A program made the translations under genes and the position numbers. 64,000 nucleotides of DNA from positions 44,851-108,850 of IMG/VR virus record IMGVR_UViG_3300024255_000011; one strand, 5' to 3'. The DNA is from a virus. The notes under the pieces are model-generated. The model saw only the letters and a program-made list of their open reading frames with translations. It did not search any database and was not told the origin of the DNA. Positions 21,101-30,851 of the stretch are shown piece after piece (the first letter of the stretch is position 1; every line of letters begins with the position of its first letter).

Positions 21101-24100
21101 ACCATTAGGACAAGGCTTCAGACAAAGTCCACCAACACACTCATATCCACTAGGACACTCATTGCTGCTATTGAGGGGACACTCAATAATGACACACTCT
21201 CCATCCAGACAATGATAACCTTCTGGACACTCGCCATTACATCCCTTACCTGGGACACAATAGGATTCGCCATCAATTGTTTGACAATGGAATCCTGGAG
21301 GACATAACATACCCTCCTCATCACCACAAGGTTTCAGGCAGATACCCTGAACACAAAGGAATCCAGCGGGACAATCTCTGTCACCTCCAGGACATTCGAT
21401 CTGTGCACAGATGCCACCAATACACACGAATCCTTCTGGACAATCCTTATCTTCCTCACATCTACCACCAATTGGTTCTTCTGGTGAATACTCACAATAG
21501 GAATCTACATTATCAACCTCAATGTAATATCCACCAAGTGGTGACTTACCAAACTGTTGTCCTGCGACAACGAGTTTCTCGTTCTCATCCAGATAAATTG
21601 CTGACCACTCCTGATCGGATGTGATATCAAAGTCAGGATTATCACAAGTATCAACTGTAAAGGTAGCAAGAACTCGTCTAGCTAGGAGTTGTGTGCTCCC
21701 ATCAGTGATTCCAGTGGTATTATCACTACCATCATTCCAATACAGTTCACCAGCTGAGTAATTTGGATCTACTCTGTTACAATCAGGGAGGAAACCAAAG
21801 TGAACATCACCTTCACACTCGTCTGGATCACAATTGGTACCATCAAGGTAGTAACCTTCTGATGGTGACTGACCATAAGTGATTGTTGTGCCTGATGTAC
21901 CATCAGCTCTCTTGAATACACAAATCCAATCACCAAACTTAAGGTTATCGGAGTTAAAGGATACAACACCAACAATAAATGTGGCGTCTGTTACATCATT
22001 TCCATCTACATCCTTAATCAGGTCACCAGTAGTTCCATCACCCCAGTGGAGTGTGGTTCCAGTGGTGAGGAGAGTCTTGCGACAACCTGTGATTTCACCT
22101 CTTACTGGTATTCCATTACCAATGATATCACCAGGGTCATTCTTACATTTGACATCAGTAGTGTCAAGGAAGAACGCCGTGCTGTCCTCAATGGGATCAG
22201 CTGGGTAAATGCCTTCTCTTGTTGCTTGTCTTACTTCTTCAACGCCACCAACCAGTTTGACATACAGACAATCCCACTTACCATAGTTGTTATCGCACTT
22301 ATCATCAGTGGACACTCTCAGAATCTTGACTACATCAGTGTCAATAACTTCAGATGTAGCGAATACATCAATGTCACTGACTGGACCCCACAGAAGGTTG
22401 GTACCTTCTTCTGTTTCTCTACAACCCTCTGGTTGTGCGTATTCGGTCTCATCCAGAGGACAGTTATCCTCCTCAATATCTACCAAACAATCTCCTAAGA
22501 GATAGAAACCAAATGGTGGAGAAGATGTCTCACTACCATCTTGGCGATGTACCACCAATTTTGTCTGATTGAGATCAGTGATAACCAGACTGAAATACAC
22601 CTTGTTATCCAAGGTCATTGGACGATAAACCCTCTTGACCTTATCTGCCAAGGTACCGTTGCTGTAATTTACATCCTCTCCAGTGAGAGCAATGTATTGA
22701 CTCTTTCTACCCCAGTAAAGTTGCGATGCCGTCAATCTCTCACGACATCCAGTAAAGATACCAAACTGCAGTTCTGGAAGATCTGATACATCATCGAGAC
22801 AATGACCATTATCCTGAATGAAGAATCCTTCTGTTGTACCATCATCTGTTACAGTTGGGGAATAACCAATTGCAAATCCACCACCAATCTTCTCATAAAC
22901 TGCAGCCCAAATACCTTCTTTATCTGTCTCATTGACATTTGGATCTGTACTGAAAACATAGAGAATTCTCTTACAATCAATTACCTTATCACCATTAGAG
23001 CCTGGTGAACTGTAAGAACTGGCTCCAGTTGTACCATCTCCCCAAAGGAGTGCCCCAGTAGATGCGACATCATCAAGTGCTTCACACCCAGTGATGTTAC
23101 CAGGCCAGGGTAGTGTGGTACCTTCTTCGGGTGCTTCCACACTTGGATTCAGACACTCATTGTCACTAACAATAAAGAATCCGATCTCACATGTGGCTGG
23201 ATCGATATTACCTTCATAGATTACTGTATCGATATTACCATCAAACTTGGTGTATGTAAGAAGCCAGTCGCCAGTGATAGTACCATCGTCCTCTATAACA
23301 TAACGAGTACCAGGAGCACTGACTACAAAGTTGAGTTTCTGTACTCCATCAACATATAATCCATTATCATCAACTGGGAGGGATTCTGCTTCGATCCCAT
23401 TACCCCAATACAATCTACCATCATTATTAGGATTGCCGTCTCCGTCAACATCAGAGACTTCTTTACATCCCTCACTAGCAAGGCAACCAGGTACGGTTGG
23501 AGGTAGTGGTTCCTCTGGAATATTGACATCACACTCAGCATCAGCAATGAATGCACTTCTGGTGTCTACGTCAAAAGAGTTATCAAAGATAGAAGCGACC
23601 TTAATGTCTGTGGCATCTACACTGGTATAGTATACATTATACTTACCTTTCATTGAGTCTCTGTCACAACCCTCAAAGGTTATGGCTTTGATCTCAGTGA
23701 CCCCTTCAATTTCTGACCCATCATCTAAAATGGGTGTGCCCAAGGGCTCGGCAGCTTCGGGGTCATAATTATCATAATCATCTTGTGAACCCCAGACCAG
23801 TTTGTTGGTATAATCACCAGCTGGTTCTAATACTGCACAACCAATAGGTTTAATAGGTAGTGGTTGACAACCATCTTGGTCATCACCACAAGAATCTGGG
23901 TCATCGTAAACCAGGAAGTATCCCTCAGGACCTGTAGGGGAACTAATGCCTTCTGTGCTGATTTCATCAGAATCGAGCACTTTATCATCGCAGTTTGTAG
24001 CGCCAACTGCATTCCAACTCTGGGAGTAGAATGTCTCAGGAACTGTGCCCTGAGGCTCATAACCCATCGCGATGGTGCCAGTGATGGATTTGATATCAGT

Positions 24101-24967
24101 TCTTACAAGTTTGGCCCCAGTAAGGTCACCAAAAAGATTACCACCATCATACCAGGTCTCATATACAGATTGAGGACCCCAATACAAGTCTGCACAATCT
24201 CTAACTTTCTTGCAACCAAATACTGTACCGGCTGTTGGTGGCTGAATGGTGCCGCCTCCGCCACTGCCGCCGCCGCCATCACAAGGGTACCAACCACCTG
24301 TGCCGCTGTTAAGGTCTGGGTCCCAACACACAGTTTGTCCAGGTTTGATGCCGTCCATATCGACGTCATCCATTTTCTGGAGTCTAACTTCACCAGAACC
24401 AGGTGACTGTCCATCACCACCCTGACCGATACCAGCAACAATCGTTTGACCTTGCTCATCAAGGGTTTGACGAATGATTCCAAGTTGGTTAGTAAGATAT
24501 TCAACCTTCTCTTCAAGCTGACCACTCTCAGAATCAGAGGTGATTACCTGTTGATTATTTTTCTTGACGTATCCAGATAAAGAATCTGCCAGTGACTGAA
24601 TGTGATCAAAGGGAGATTCACTAATCTCTTCCTCTTCCTCAATTGATTCAGGTTGTACATAATCTGGGATGTATTCTTGTGCTGTTCTCTCTGCATCTTC
24701 CTGCTCCTCATCTAGAGCATACTTATTCCTCAAGTATTCAGTCAATCTTGTATCGACGTCACCACCTTCAGTAATATTAGCTTTAATTTCTCTTACAACA
24801 TCATCAGTAAGTTCAATTTCGTTATTATTGAGCTTCTCTATGAGTTCTTTTTCGTAATCTTCTTGAGTCGGTTGGATCTCACCACCTGCTAACATGCTGG
24901 CTTGATCTACGTTTACTTCCTCAAACAGGTCGTCTAACTGACTAAAAAGATCCTTATCGTTTGTCAT
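18167..24967 (-). CDS. Large cysteine-rich structural/fibre protein, 2266 aa
   Basis: GEVRL..MDDV motif, 10 GC...L(Y)WG domains, 25 tandem 4-Cys repeats, 3 GDLW domains and a coiled-coil end. Confidence 0.85.
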   Translation of the reverse strand: MTNDKDLFSQLDDLFEEVNVDQASMLAGGEIQPTQEDYEKELIEKLNNNEIELTDDVVREIKANITEGGDVDTRLTEYLRNKYALDEEQEDAERTAQEYIPDYVQPESIEEEEEISESPFDHIQSLADSLSGYVKKNNQQVITSDSESGQLEEKVEYLTNQLGIIRQTLDEQGQTIVAGIGQGGDGQSPGSGEVRLQKMDDVDMDGIKPGQTVCWDPDLNSGTGGWYPCDGGGGSGGGGTIQPPTAGTVFGCKKVRDCADLYWGPQSVYETWYDGGNLFGDLTGAKLVRTDIKSITGTIAMGYEPQGTVPETFYSQSWNAVGATNCDDKVLDSDEISTEGISSPTGPEGYFLVYDDPDSCGDDQDGCQPLPIKPIGCAVLEPAGDYTNKLVWGSQDDYDNYDPEAAEPLGTPILDDGSEIEGVTEIKAITFEGCDRDSMKGKYNVYYTSVDATDIKVASIFDNSFDVDTRSAFIADAECDVNIPEEPLPPTVPGCLASEGCKEVSDVDGDGNPNNDGRLYWGNGIEAESLPVDDNGLYVDGVQKLNFVVSAPGTRYVIEDDGTITGDWLLTYTKFDGNIDTVIYEGNIDPATCEIGFFIVSDNECLNPSVEAPEEGTTLPWPGNITGCEALDDVASTGALLWGDGTTGASSYSSPGSNGDKVIDCKRILYVFSTDPNVNETDKEGIWAAVYEKIGGGFAIGYSPTVTDDGTTEGFFIQDNGHCLDDVSDLPELQFGIFTGCRERLTASQLYWGRKSQYIALTGEDVNYSNGTLADKVKRVYRPMTLDNKVYFSLVITDLNQTKLVVHRQDGSETSSPPFGFYLLGDCLVDIEEDNCPLDETEYAQPEGCRETEEGTNLLWGPVSDIDVFATSEVIDTDVVKILRVSTDDKCDNNYGKWDCLYVKLVGGVEEVRQATREGIYPADPIEDSTAFFLDTTDVKCKNDPGDIIGNGIPVRGEITGCRKTLLTTGTTLHWGDGTTGDLIKDVDGNDVTDATFIVGVVSFNSDNLKFGDWICVFKRADGTSGTTITYGQSPSEGYYLDGTNCDPDECEGDVHFGFLPDCNRVDPNYSAGELYWNDGSDNTTGITDGSTQLLARRVLATFTVDTCDNPDFDITSDQEWSAIYLDENEKLVVAGQQFGKSPLGGYYIEVDNVDSYCEYSPEEPIGGRCEEDKDCPEGFVCIGGICAQIECPGGDRDCPAGFLCVQGICLKPCGDEEGMLCPPGFHCQTIDGESYCVPGKGCNGECPEGYHCLDGECVIIECPLNSSNECPSGYECVGGLCLKPCPNGDECPDGFQCIDGHCHPIYGPCTVPCPAGYECILGACREYCDVNDDQCGEGFLCFDGVCLPECPPEGCPTGHVCIGGVCLPIGPGPEFPGGCDDGTDCPTPPTGEIWDCINGHCRPTCQPDGTGCPGDLVCVDGGCYPPCDGTECPPGYECLLGACIPVIGCNANDDCPTGLECIDGLCRPSCTIDSDCPDGFECGPNGGCYRPCDDGTCPEGFMCIGGLCIPNIDCGNDGECPSNFVCFDGICRPDCSVNGCPDGYECYNGVCFPTCPGGSDNECPPGHECVGGGICLPLIGCEDDVDCPTGFECFNGKCRPSCTSDTDCPGEMECVGNICLKPCNGDNDCPPGFICWDGHCVPGGKPEGECGPDGECPPGYICIVGICRPQCVVDGDCPNDNETCLTPPGACFPAQCDEDADCPNGTICIDGRCRVGCNLNSDCPEGYGCIDGICLPIVPEGPGPDQPVDPGPNEHPKIGCEEVDVEGYLYWGSDNNYATGSGGELVLENGNPILVKKIELVVASDVYPNGFGTYTCFYRPPGSSDVKSISLYRQSPSGGLVNSYYVDPINGSVCINFGETHEPYFGLIAGCKETDNGGTIHWGTIAEGISDNYPNEPLKNSDGSNIIAKGIITVFSVDSIDLDDGDPGQTGIWNIFYQNLNGTNSLTKVYGRSGPQGPEGTFMRAASGSVCIDNPLGRVTTRDVVLVNTPRAVETSKRFFGDSRGALGDGPQGTSDIVGPDGELIRYETQEQANILNLDILNELHTLKPTVHIIPDINDVKGHYVPQRGDLWIDPTDYSIYVCEFRTVNPSDDDLINKPDENVFWIELGAASGGGEDNVTQSFSNIWLQDSEPPISIAKNGDLWIDAETYIIYTYNFSAKSWISVTGDLKAVLDNRFEVHVDSIQPLKGTTKSGDLWFDTDSAEMRVAYIPSGSTDFVWVPVQGTGYKSIPATTAFEVNAEVEELKNEISRMSARLSILESQENQ
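19750..21465 (-). repeat. 25 tandem 4-Cys coding repeats (C-x3-7-CPxGxxC-x2-G-xC)
   Basis: Counted in the 2266-aa translation. Confidence 0.9.
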
Positions 24968-24984
24968 TGAACTTACAGTTTTGA

Positions 24985-25191
24985 TTATTTAGAAGGGGTG
25001 GTTGAGGTTAGAGTCCATCGTTCATCGATGAAAATGGATTCTACTCTTAGTGATTGGTTATACCATCTATCTCCCTGTTGAAGATCTCCTCCATTATCTC
25101 TAAACTCTGGTTCTGAGTCAGATAAGATAAAAACATTGATGGGACTTGGAGTAACACCAATGCTTGCAACAGTTAGGTAAGGTCTCGCCAT
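24985..25191 (-). CDS. Stand-alone GDLW-type domain protein, 68 aa
   Basis: SDSEP..R..GGDLQQGDRWY matches the repeats inserted in gp7. Late promoter upstream. Confidence 0.7.
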   Translation of the reverse strand: MARPYLTVASIGVTPSPINVFILSDSEPEFRDNGGDLQQGDRWYNQSLRVESIFIDERWTLTSTTPSK

Positions 25192-25199
25192 TTTTATTA

Positions 25200-27488
25200 T
25201 TATTTATTCCTTCTAAGTTTGAGGGTCTGAATGGGAAGAGTTCGAAGCTCATCGAAGGCGTATGCTCTTGCCCAAAGCCCATAGTTGTGTCTCAAAGTGA
25301 CATTTTCAACAGGATGAATAATATCTGGGCCAGCTAAACCATCTGGATCAGCTGGATCTAAAGGAGCTCCAGGTTCAATTGTGTTGTGGGTAATCCTCTT
25401 TGTTTGTGTAATGGTTTGTTCTGTTGCTAAACTCACATAACCATTCACATCCATTGTAGATCCGAGCATCCACTCATTATCTACAGTGTAAATCATGTGT
25501 TGGTTGAGTAGCACCTCAATGCGAACACAGGAAATTCCATTCACACACTGAGATCCTGGTGGACATCCACCTGCGGGATCACACGGCGCAATAGATATGC
25601 CACTTAATGAAGGTGGGTTAGTAAGGTTCTCTGTGAATCCCCAACTTGGATTGGACACTACACTTGGTGAGTTTCCATCTCCACTATTGTTTAGATAAAA
25701 ATCACCCACCACTGGATTATTGGGTGGCGGATCTCCTGCGTTCCAATCTCCTTTGAATCTTAAAGATCCAGGAATGTTAAGGTTCACCAGTTGTGATCCA
25801 TCACCAATAAACCCACCATTCTCAATTAAAACATTACCATTTTTAATTGTCAGGTTATTCTCAATGTCTACATTTTGATCGAAATCTGCATCACAAACAA
25901 CGTTCAGTGTTCCGTTGAGTTGGAAATGATCGAAACAATTTTTGCCAACAGTTAAGTTGTGATCAATAGTTACATCACCATCAAAGTAGGCGTCACACTT
26001 AGTGTTAAGTTGTCCAAGAATGTTAATGTTATCATTTAAACAATCTTTACCAAGATTGATATCCCCTCCACCAACATTGATGTCTCCAAGAAGATTAAGG
26101 TCTCCTTCAACATCAAGGTCACAAGAAACAGTTACATTACCATTCAACTCAATGTCTGGTGCTGTGTCACACTCCTCTCCAGGGGGTCCAATAATGTGAG
26201 GACCATCACCAGTAACATTAATGTTATTAAGTGTTGTGTCACCCTTTACATCAAGGTCACAGTTGATTTCTACATTACCATTCAATTCAATGGGACTGTC
26301 ATCACAATCTTCATTCTTATCTCCAACTGTCAGTCCGCCATCAACCTGTAAATCTCCTTTTAGGTGACTATCTCCACCAACTTCAAGATCACACTGAATG
26401 TCAACACTTCCATTCAACAAAATTTCTGGTGGGTCATCATCACAATCAACATCACTAGGTCCAATGCTGTGAGGACCATCACCATTGACTTGTAAATTAC
26501 CTTCAACTGTTAAATCACAATTGATTGTTGTTGGTGCATCAATTGTAACTGAACCTTCCAGACATCCATTGCTCCCTAAGAGGACATCACCCAATACAGT
26601 TAAATCGTTTTCAACATTTAAATTACCTTCAACTGTAAGGTCATTAGCAATCTTGATATCACACAGGACATAAACATTCCCGTTTAGATTAATTTGATTG
26701 GTGTTTGATCGACACTGGGTATCAGGGTTTCCAATGTTTATGGTGCCACCAATAACATCAAAATTAACATCGCCACCAACTGTTAGTTCTTTATCTACTG
26801 TAAGATCACACTTGACTGTTGTGTTGCCATTGAGAATGATTTCATTATTACATCCACTACCAATTGTGGCATCACCTTTGATTGTAAGATCACCATCACC
26901 AAGAATATCCCCACCAATGACTGCATCACCGCCTAAATCAAACCCACACTCTGCAACCAATTCACCTTTGATTAGGATTTTATTATCACAATCAGTTCCT
27001 AGGGTTGAATCTCCATCAATAATAAGGTCTCCACCACCTGAAATATCTCCACCAACATCCAAATCTCCGCCAAGATTCAATCCACCATCCATATTAACGA
27101 GGCAGTTAAATCTTGTGGTGTTATTGATAGTGAGTGTGTAAAAACACGCCTTATCAAAATTACCAATCACCACATTGCCATTGACAATCTCAGTGGTTCC
27201 TGCCTGGTTGGTTCTTATTCTGTCTCTTCCGTGGGTAACAATGATAAAGGTGCCATAATCACTCCCATAAATGCCTGACGTAGCATCTCCAATTGCAACA
27301 GAAGGATAATCACGTTCACCTAGTGGGAAAGTGATTCCATTTGAAATAGTACCAATTGAATTCTTAAGATCTCTCCAATCTACTCTGTATGTGAGATCAT
27401 TTGTAGCGTCATTGATGATAATAGAATCATTATCTTCAATGTTTTGAATCTCAGGTAACTGAGTGATTCTAATATCATCGTAAGCCAT
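25200..27488 (-). CDS. Beta-helical tail fibre/spike with Cys-pair repeats, 762 aa
   Basis: ITQLP N-terminus, GD(L/V).(V/I) repeats in 10 units with two Cys each, and a C-terminal FKGDWNA domain. Confidence 0.8.
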   Translation of the reverse strand: MAYDDIRITQLPEIQNIEDNDSIIINDATNDLTYRVDWRDLKNSIGTISNGITFPLGERDYPSVAIGDATSGIYGSDYGTFIIVTHGRDRIRTNQAGTTEIVNGNVVIGNFDKACFYTLTINNTTRFNCLVNMDGGLNLGGDLDVGGDISGGGDLIIDGDSTLGTDCDNKILIKGELVAECGFDLGGDAVIGGDILGDGDLTIKGDATIGSGCNNEIILNGNTTVKCDLTVDKELTVGGDVNFDVIGGTINIGNPDTQCRSNTNQINLNGNVYVLCDIKIANDLTVEGNLNVENDLTVLGDVLLGSNGCLEGSVTIDAPTTINCDLTVEGNLQVNGDGPHSIGPSDVDCDDDPPEILLNGSVDIQCDLEVGGDSHLKGDLQVDGGLTVGDKNEDCDDSPIELNGNVEINCDLDVKGDTTLNNINVTGDGPHIIGPPGEECDTAPDIELNGNVTVSCDLDVEGDLNLLGDINVGGGDINLGKDCLNDNINILGQLNTKCDAYFDGDVTIDHNLTVGKNCFDHFQLNGTLNVVCDADFDQNVDIENNLTIKNGNVLIENGGFIGDGSQLVNLNIPGSLRFKGDWNAGDPPPNNPVVGDFYLNNSGDGNSPSVVSNPSWGFTENLTNPPSLSGISIAPCDPAGGCPPGSQCVNGISCVRIEVLLNQHMIYTVDNEWMLGSTMDVNGYVSLATEQTITQTKRITHNTIEPGAPLDPADPDGLAGPDIIHPVENVTLRHNYGLWARAYAFDELRTLPIQTLKLRRNK

Positions 27489-27504
27489 AACGCTTTTTAG
27501 TTAT

Positions 27505-28596
27505 TTAGATTTTGCGGTTAGGAAGAGTCTTAATTCTATGAAAATCGACGTTTCCATTAGGATAAACAATAAGGTTGCCACCATTAGATAATCTAAAGAC
27601 CCCGCTTAGCGTTTTGTCACCGTCGATGTTTTGGGTGCCATCAATTCTGACAACAGTATGATCCACCTCAATGTACCAACCTGTGTCCTCAAAGGCATTT
27701 GCATTGGGACGCTCCAGACAAGGATGATCTGTTGGAAGTCCTGTGTTTGGATCAACATCAGCTGTGTTAGTTCCACCCATCAAGGTTTCTACGTTGATGC
27801 CTGATGACATCATAGTGCCACCAACATTAGTCTCACCATCAGACAGGACATCCAAGTCCCCCTTACCAATCATATTATCGTCAATATCTTCAAGGATCTT
27901 ATTAAGATCCATTATCTCCTCTGCGTTTCTCCACTGAACTGTCGTGTCTGGGCCATTTGATGTCAGAATCTGATTCTGTTTACCGAAATCAATCAGCACA
28001 CCCCATCTCAATCCCCAAGCACCATAACGATTAATCCTCAACCATTCAGTTCTATCAACATGAAAGGTTAAAGGATGAGCACCAACAGATTGTACTGATG
28101 GATCTCCACCTGTTGTCCTTGTAGATGAACCTAAGAACAGCTCGTTATCATTGTTACCCAATCTAATGAGGACATTTCCCTCATTAACATGAACCATTTC
28201 CTCTGGGAAGTCAGTTCCAATACCAACATATTGCTCACTTATAACAACTGCTCTTGTTCCGCCAGTTGTTACACCAATGGTGTTGTCTCTTGGTCTATAG
28301 AATCCAGTGTTATCGTCCTTAATAAAGGTGATTGATGGTCTTAACTCAGTACCATCAATGAATTTTACAATTCCTCTAAGAATAATTTCATTATCAATGT
28401 CATCACCACCACCGCCGCCACCACCTGGACCACTGCCAGGAGGATAAACACCACTTAGGTGTCCCCAACTGATGGCATGAGTCTCAAATACTTCAAGACC
28501 TGACTTTTTGACGTCAATTACCAGGAGGTCATCATACGAAAACTCATCTATTCTTGGTAATTCGCTAATTAGAATGTCTTGTAAGCAGTCAGACAT
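27505..28596 (-). CDS. Tail fibre protein, 363 aa
   Basis: ISELP N-terminus. PSITF..D.NTGFY, VGIGT..P and GKQNQILTSNG....W are typical cyanophage fibre motifs. Confidence 0.8.
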   Translation of the reverse strand: MSDCLQDILISELPRIDEFSYDDLLVIDVKKSGLEVFETHAISWGHLSGVYPPGSGPGGGGGGGDDIDNEIILRGIVKFIDGTELRPSITFIKDDNTGFYRPRDNTIGVTTGGTRAVVISEQYVGIGTDFPEEMVHVNEGNVLIRLGNNDNELFLGSSTRTTGGDPSVQSVGAHPLTFHVDRTEWLRINRYGAWGLRWGVLIDFGKQNQILTSNGPDTTVQWRNAEEIMDLNKILEDIDDNMIGKGDLDVLSDGETNVGGTMMSSGINVETLMGGTNTADVDPNTGLPTDHPCLERPNANAFEDTGWYIEVDHTVVRIDGTQNIDGDKTLSGVFRLSNGGNLIVYPNGNVDFHRIKTLPNRKI

Positions 28597-28622
28597 GAGA
28601 TGTACCCTTTTTGTTATTTATT

Positions 28623-28994
28623 TTAGTTGTATCCGCCATGATCAATGAACAATAATCCATTTAGGACCTGTTGCACTGACCCATTCACGTCTGTCATGTT
28701 AACACTATACACATATTTACCTTGCTGAAACCCTAAAGTGGACTCTTTTGGTAAGCTTAGAGCATAAACACCACCATTACCATCCACAACTCTCGTATCC
28801 AATGGATAAGCTAGGTAAACTGGTTTCTCTGATGTGCTACAAACAGCGTTGATGGCTCCTGGATACTTAGTAAAGGAAGCAGAAAACTTACATCCTGTGA
28901 TGTTCATGGGTGATTTATCTGGATTGGCAAGATAAAACTCCTGACCAAAGTCAGTTCCACCGGTCACGCTTAAATTTACTTGATAATTAGACAT
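28623..28994 (-). CDS. Conserved T4-like virion structural protein, 123 aa
   Basis: NL.V.GGTDF.Q.F and G.YVY.V motifs recalled from cyanomyovirus structural modules. Confidence 0.7.
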   Translation of the reverse strand: MSNYQVNLSVTGGTDFGQEFYLANPDKSPMNITGCKFSASFTKYPGAINAVCSTSEKPVYLAYPLDTRVVDGNGGVYALSLPKESTLGFQQGKYVYSVNMTDVNGSVQQVLNGLLFIDHGGYN

Positions 28995-28996
28995 GA

Positions 28997-29266
28997 CTAT
29001 CCTTTACCTTTGGGTGCATTCCTTAAGTTTTCTAACCAATAAAACTCATATCCTCTCGTTCTAATAGTGTCATCTGGATCTCTTGGAGTCAGTCTTTGAC
29101 TAAAGTCATCTCTGACCCAGTGATTCTGAGCATCATCTTTATCAACATACACATCCCACTTATAACCATCAAACACATATTCGATGCCATTTGCAGGATC
29201 AATCCAACTATCACCAGCCCCTGGTTCATTTGGAAAATTTAATTCTAGGTGGGCACAGTTGGTCAT
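28997..29266 (-). CDS. Small fibre adaptor-like protein, 89 aa
   Basis: LNFPNEP..WIDP..YVFDGYKW motif. Late promoter upstream. Confidence 0.7.
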   Translation of the reverse strand: MTNCAHLELNFPNEPGAGDSWIDPANGIEYVFDGYKWDVYVDKDDAQNHWVRDDFSQRLTPRDPDDTIRTRGYEFYWLENLRNAPKGKG

Positions 29267-29290
29267 TGTTAAACCTCTTTTTGATATTTA

Positions 29291-30637
29291 TTAGTACTTA
29301 ATACAGTAACTGACTGTAATGTTTTTGGGTCTGGTCTCACTGGTGTATGTGTTAGTTTGATTAACTGATGTTCCAATCAGTTGTGGTGCACTTTCTTCAG
29401 TTTCAACAGTTGTTCCTGTATTAGCACTGAATGGTGTTCCACCTCTCACTGAGTCAGATTGATATTCTCCAAATTGTCTACTTGGATCTGCGTCTTGATT
29501 GGCACCAGCGTCAAATCCACGAATAAAGTTACCTCTTGCGTCTGGCAACTTAACATTGGAGTTAGTGCTGTAAGATGTACCTAACACAGAATGTAGTTTA
29601 GTAGTATCAATCATCATTCCTTGAACTGATGTCATTCCACTCTGAATTACATCTCCATTACATAACAGATATCCAGCTGGGGGAAGTTCTGATGCAAACA
29701 TAATAATGGTACCAACAGGATTAGAGAATCCTGCACTATCTGCATCTCTATCAAGAACTGCAGCAGTAACTACTCCATCACTATCATCCAGGTCAGTTGC
29801 CAACCTAACAACACCCTTGATTGTTTCTGTGGCATCTGGAATCATATCTCCACCACTACTCTTAAGGAATGCTGGGGTAAGAGCAACATTATTAGATCCT
29901 TCATCTCCAGATTTAGCAAACCTAACTGCACCCTTTTGAGTTGTAGTGGCATCTTTAATTGAAATGTTTGTGGTGCCACTTGGACTTGTAACTGTAATTG
30001 GTGTTGTGCCAGTGATGGATCCACCACCTGAACTGCCACCTCCACCAGATCCACCGCCTGATCCTCCTGTTACTTCATTCCAGGATCCTGGATCCTCTGC
30101 ATCATAAACCCACAACGCACCTGTTCCACTGTTATACCATATCTGTCCATCTTTGGGACTTTGTGGTTGTATGTCTGAAACAATAGCTAATGCTTCTGCT
30201 CCACCATCAGATGCTGCTGTGTTGGTGATAACCCACTGACAAGAGCCAACTGCTCCCTCAACATCATGATCTGGTTCATCACAATAATAAACATATAAGT
30301 TTCCTTCAATACTATGCCACCACAACCAACCTTCTCTTGCATTCTCAGGAGGATAAGGTGCACAAACAACAGGCACACCAAGAAATCCAGATCCCCCACC
30401 TGTCATAATGGGAATCCAATCCCCACCTTTATAAACATAAAGCATCCTGTCAGGATGATTCCACCACAAGAAACCCTCTAACTTAATAGAAGGTTCCTCA
30501 TCTGTACTTGTAATTACAGGGGGTTGAATGGCAGTTTCCCAACCACCAACAGATCCATTGAAGATGTATTTGAGACCTGAAGCAGGATCAATATGAATCT
30601 GCTTATCAGTGGGGTTATTTGGAAAATTTAGTGCCAT
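29291..30637 (-). CDS. Tail fibre protein with tail-collar domain, 448 aa
   Basis: Collar motif PVGTIIMFA..PPAGYLLCNG..LPDARG.FIRG..ETRP.N, plus DAT...KG.V repeats and three GDLW-type domains. Confidence 0.85.
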   Translation of the reverse strand: MALNFPNNPTDKQIHIDPASGLKYIFNGSVGGWETAIQPPVITSTDEEPSIKLEGFLWWNHPDRMLYVYKGGDWIPIMTGGGSGFLGVPVVCAPYPPENAREGWLWWHSIEGNLYVYYCDEPDHDVEGAVGSCQWVITNTAASDGGAEALAIVSDIQPQSPKDGQIWYNSGTGALWVYDAEDPGSWNEVTGGSGGGSGGGGSSGGGSITGTTPITVTSPSGTTNISIKDATTTQKGAVRFAKSGDEGSNNVALTPAFLKSSGGDMIPDATETIKGVVRLATDLDDSDGVVTAAVLDRDADSAGFSNPVGTIIMFASELPPAGYLLCNGDVIQSGMTSVQGMMIDTTKLHSVLGTSYSTNSNVKLPDARGNFIRGFDAGANQDADPSRQFGEYQSDSVRGGTPFSANTGTTVETEESAPQLIGTSVNQTNTYTSETRPKNITVSYCIKY

Positions 30638-30843
30638 TATTTGTTAATCAATTGTTGTAATAAAGATTTGATTTCGTCAATCTCATTTCTCAGATCCGTG
30701 ATGTCATCTTGTGATCTTAAGTTTTGTTTAGATTGTTCTCTGGCGATTCTATATCTAGATCGCTCAGAGTTATCGTGGTTTATAATGACACCAGAATCGA
30801 TGTCTTTATAAATGTTGACGTGTCCTTCTACTTTAGCTTTCAT
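30637..30843 (-). CDS. Conserved small coiled-coil protein
   Basis: KVEGH..IYKD..SG.IIN and EIDEIKSLL motifs. Position right after the VrlC-like gene is usual in cyanomyoviruses. Confidence 0.8.
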   Translation of the reverse strand: MKAKVEGHVNIYKDIDSGVIINHDNSERSRYRIAREQSKQNLRSQDDITDLRNEIDEIKSLLQQLINK

Positions 30844-30851
30844 GATATTAT

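Noticed and set aside
12354-24967. Eukaryotic contamination or chimera suggested by collagen and Cys-rich repeats
   Set aside because: The genes are intron-free, tightly packed, carry T4 late promoters and share fibre motifs with their neighbours.
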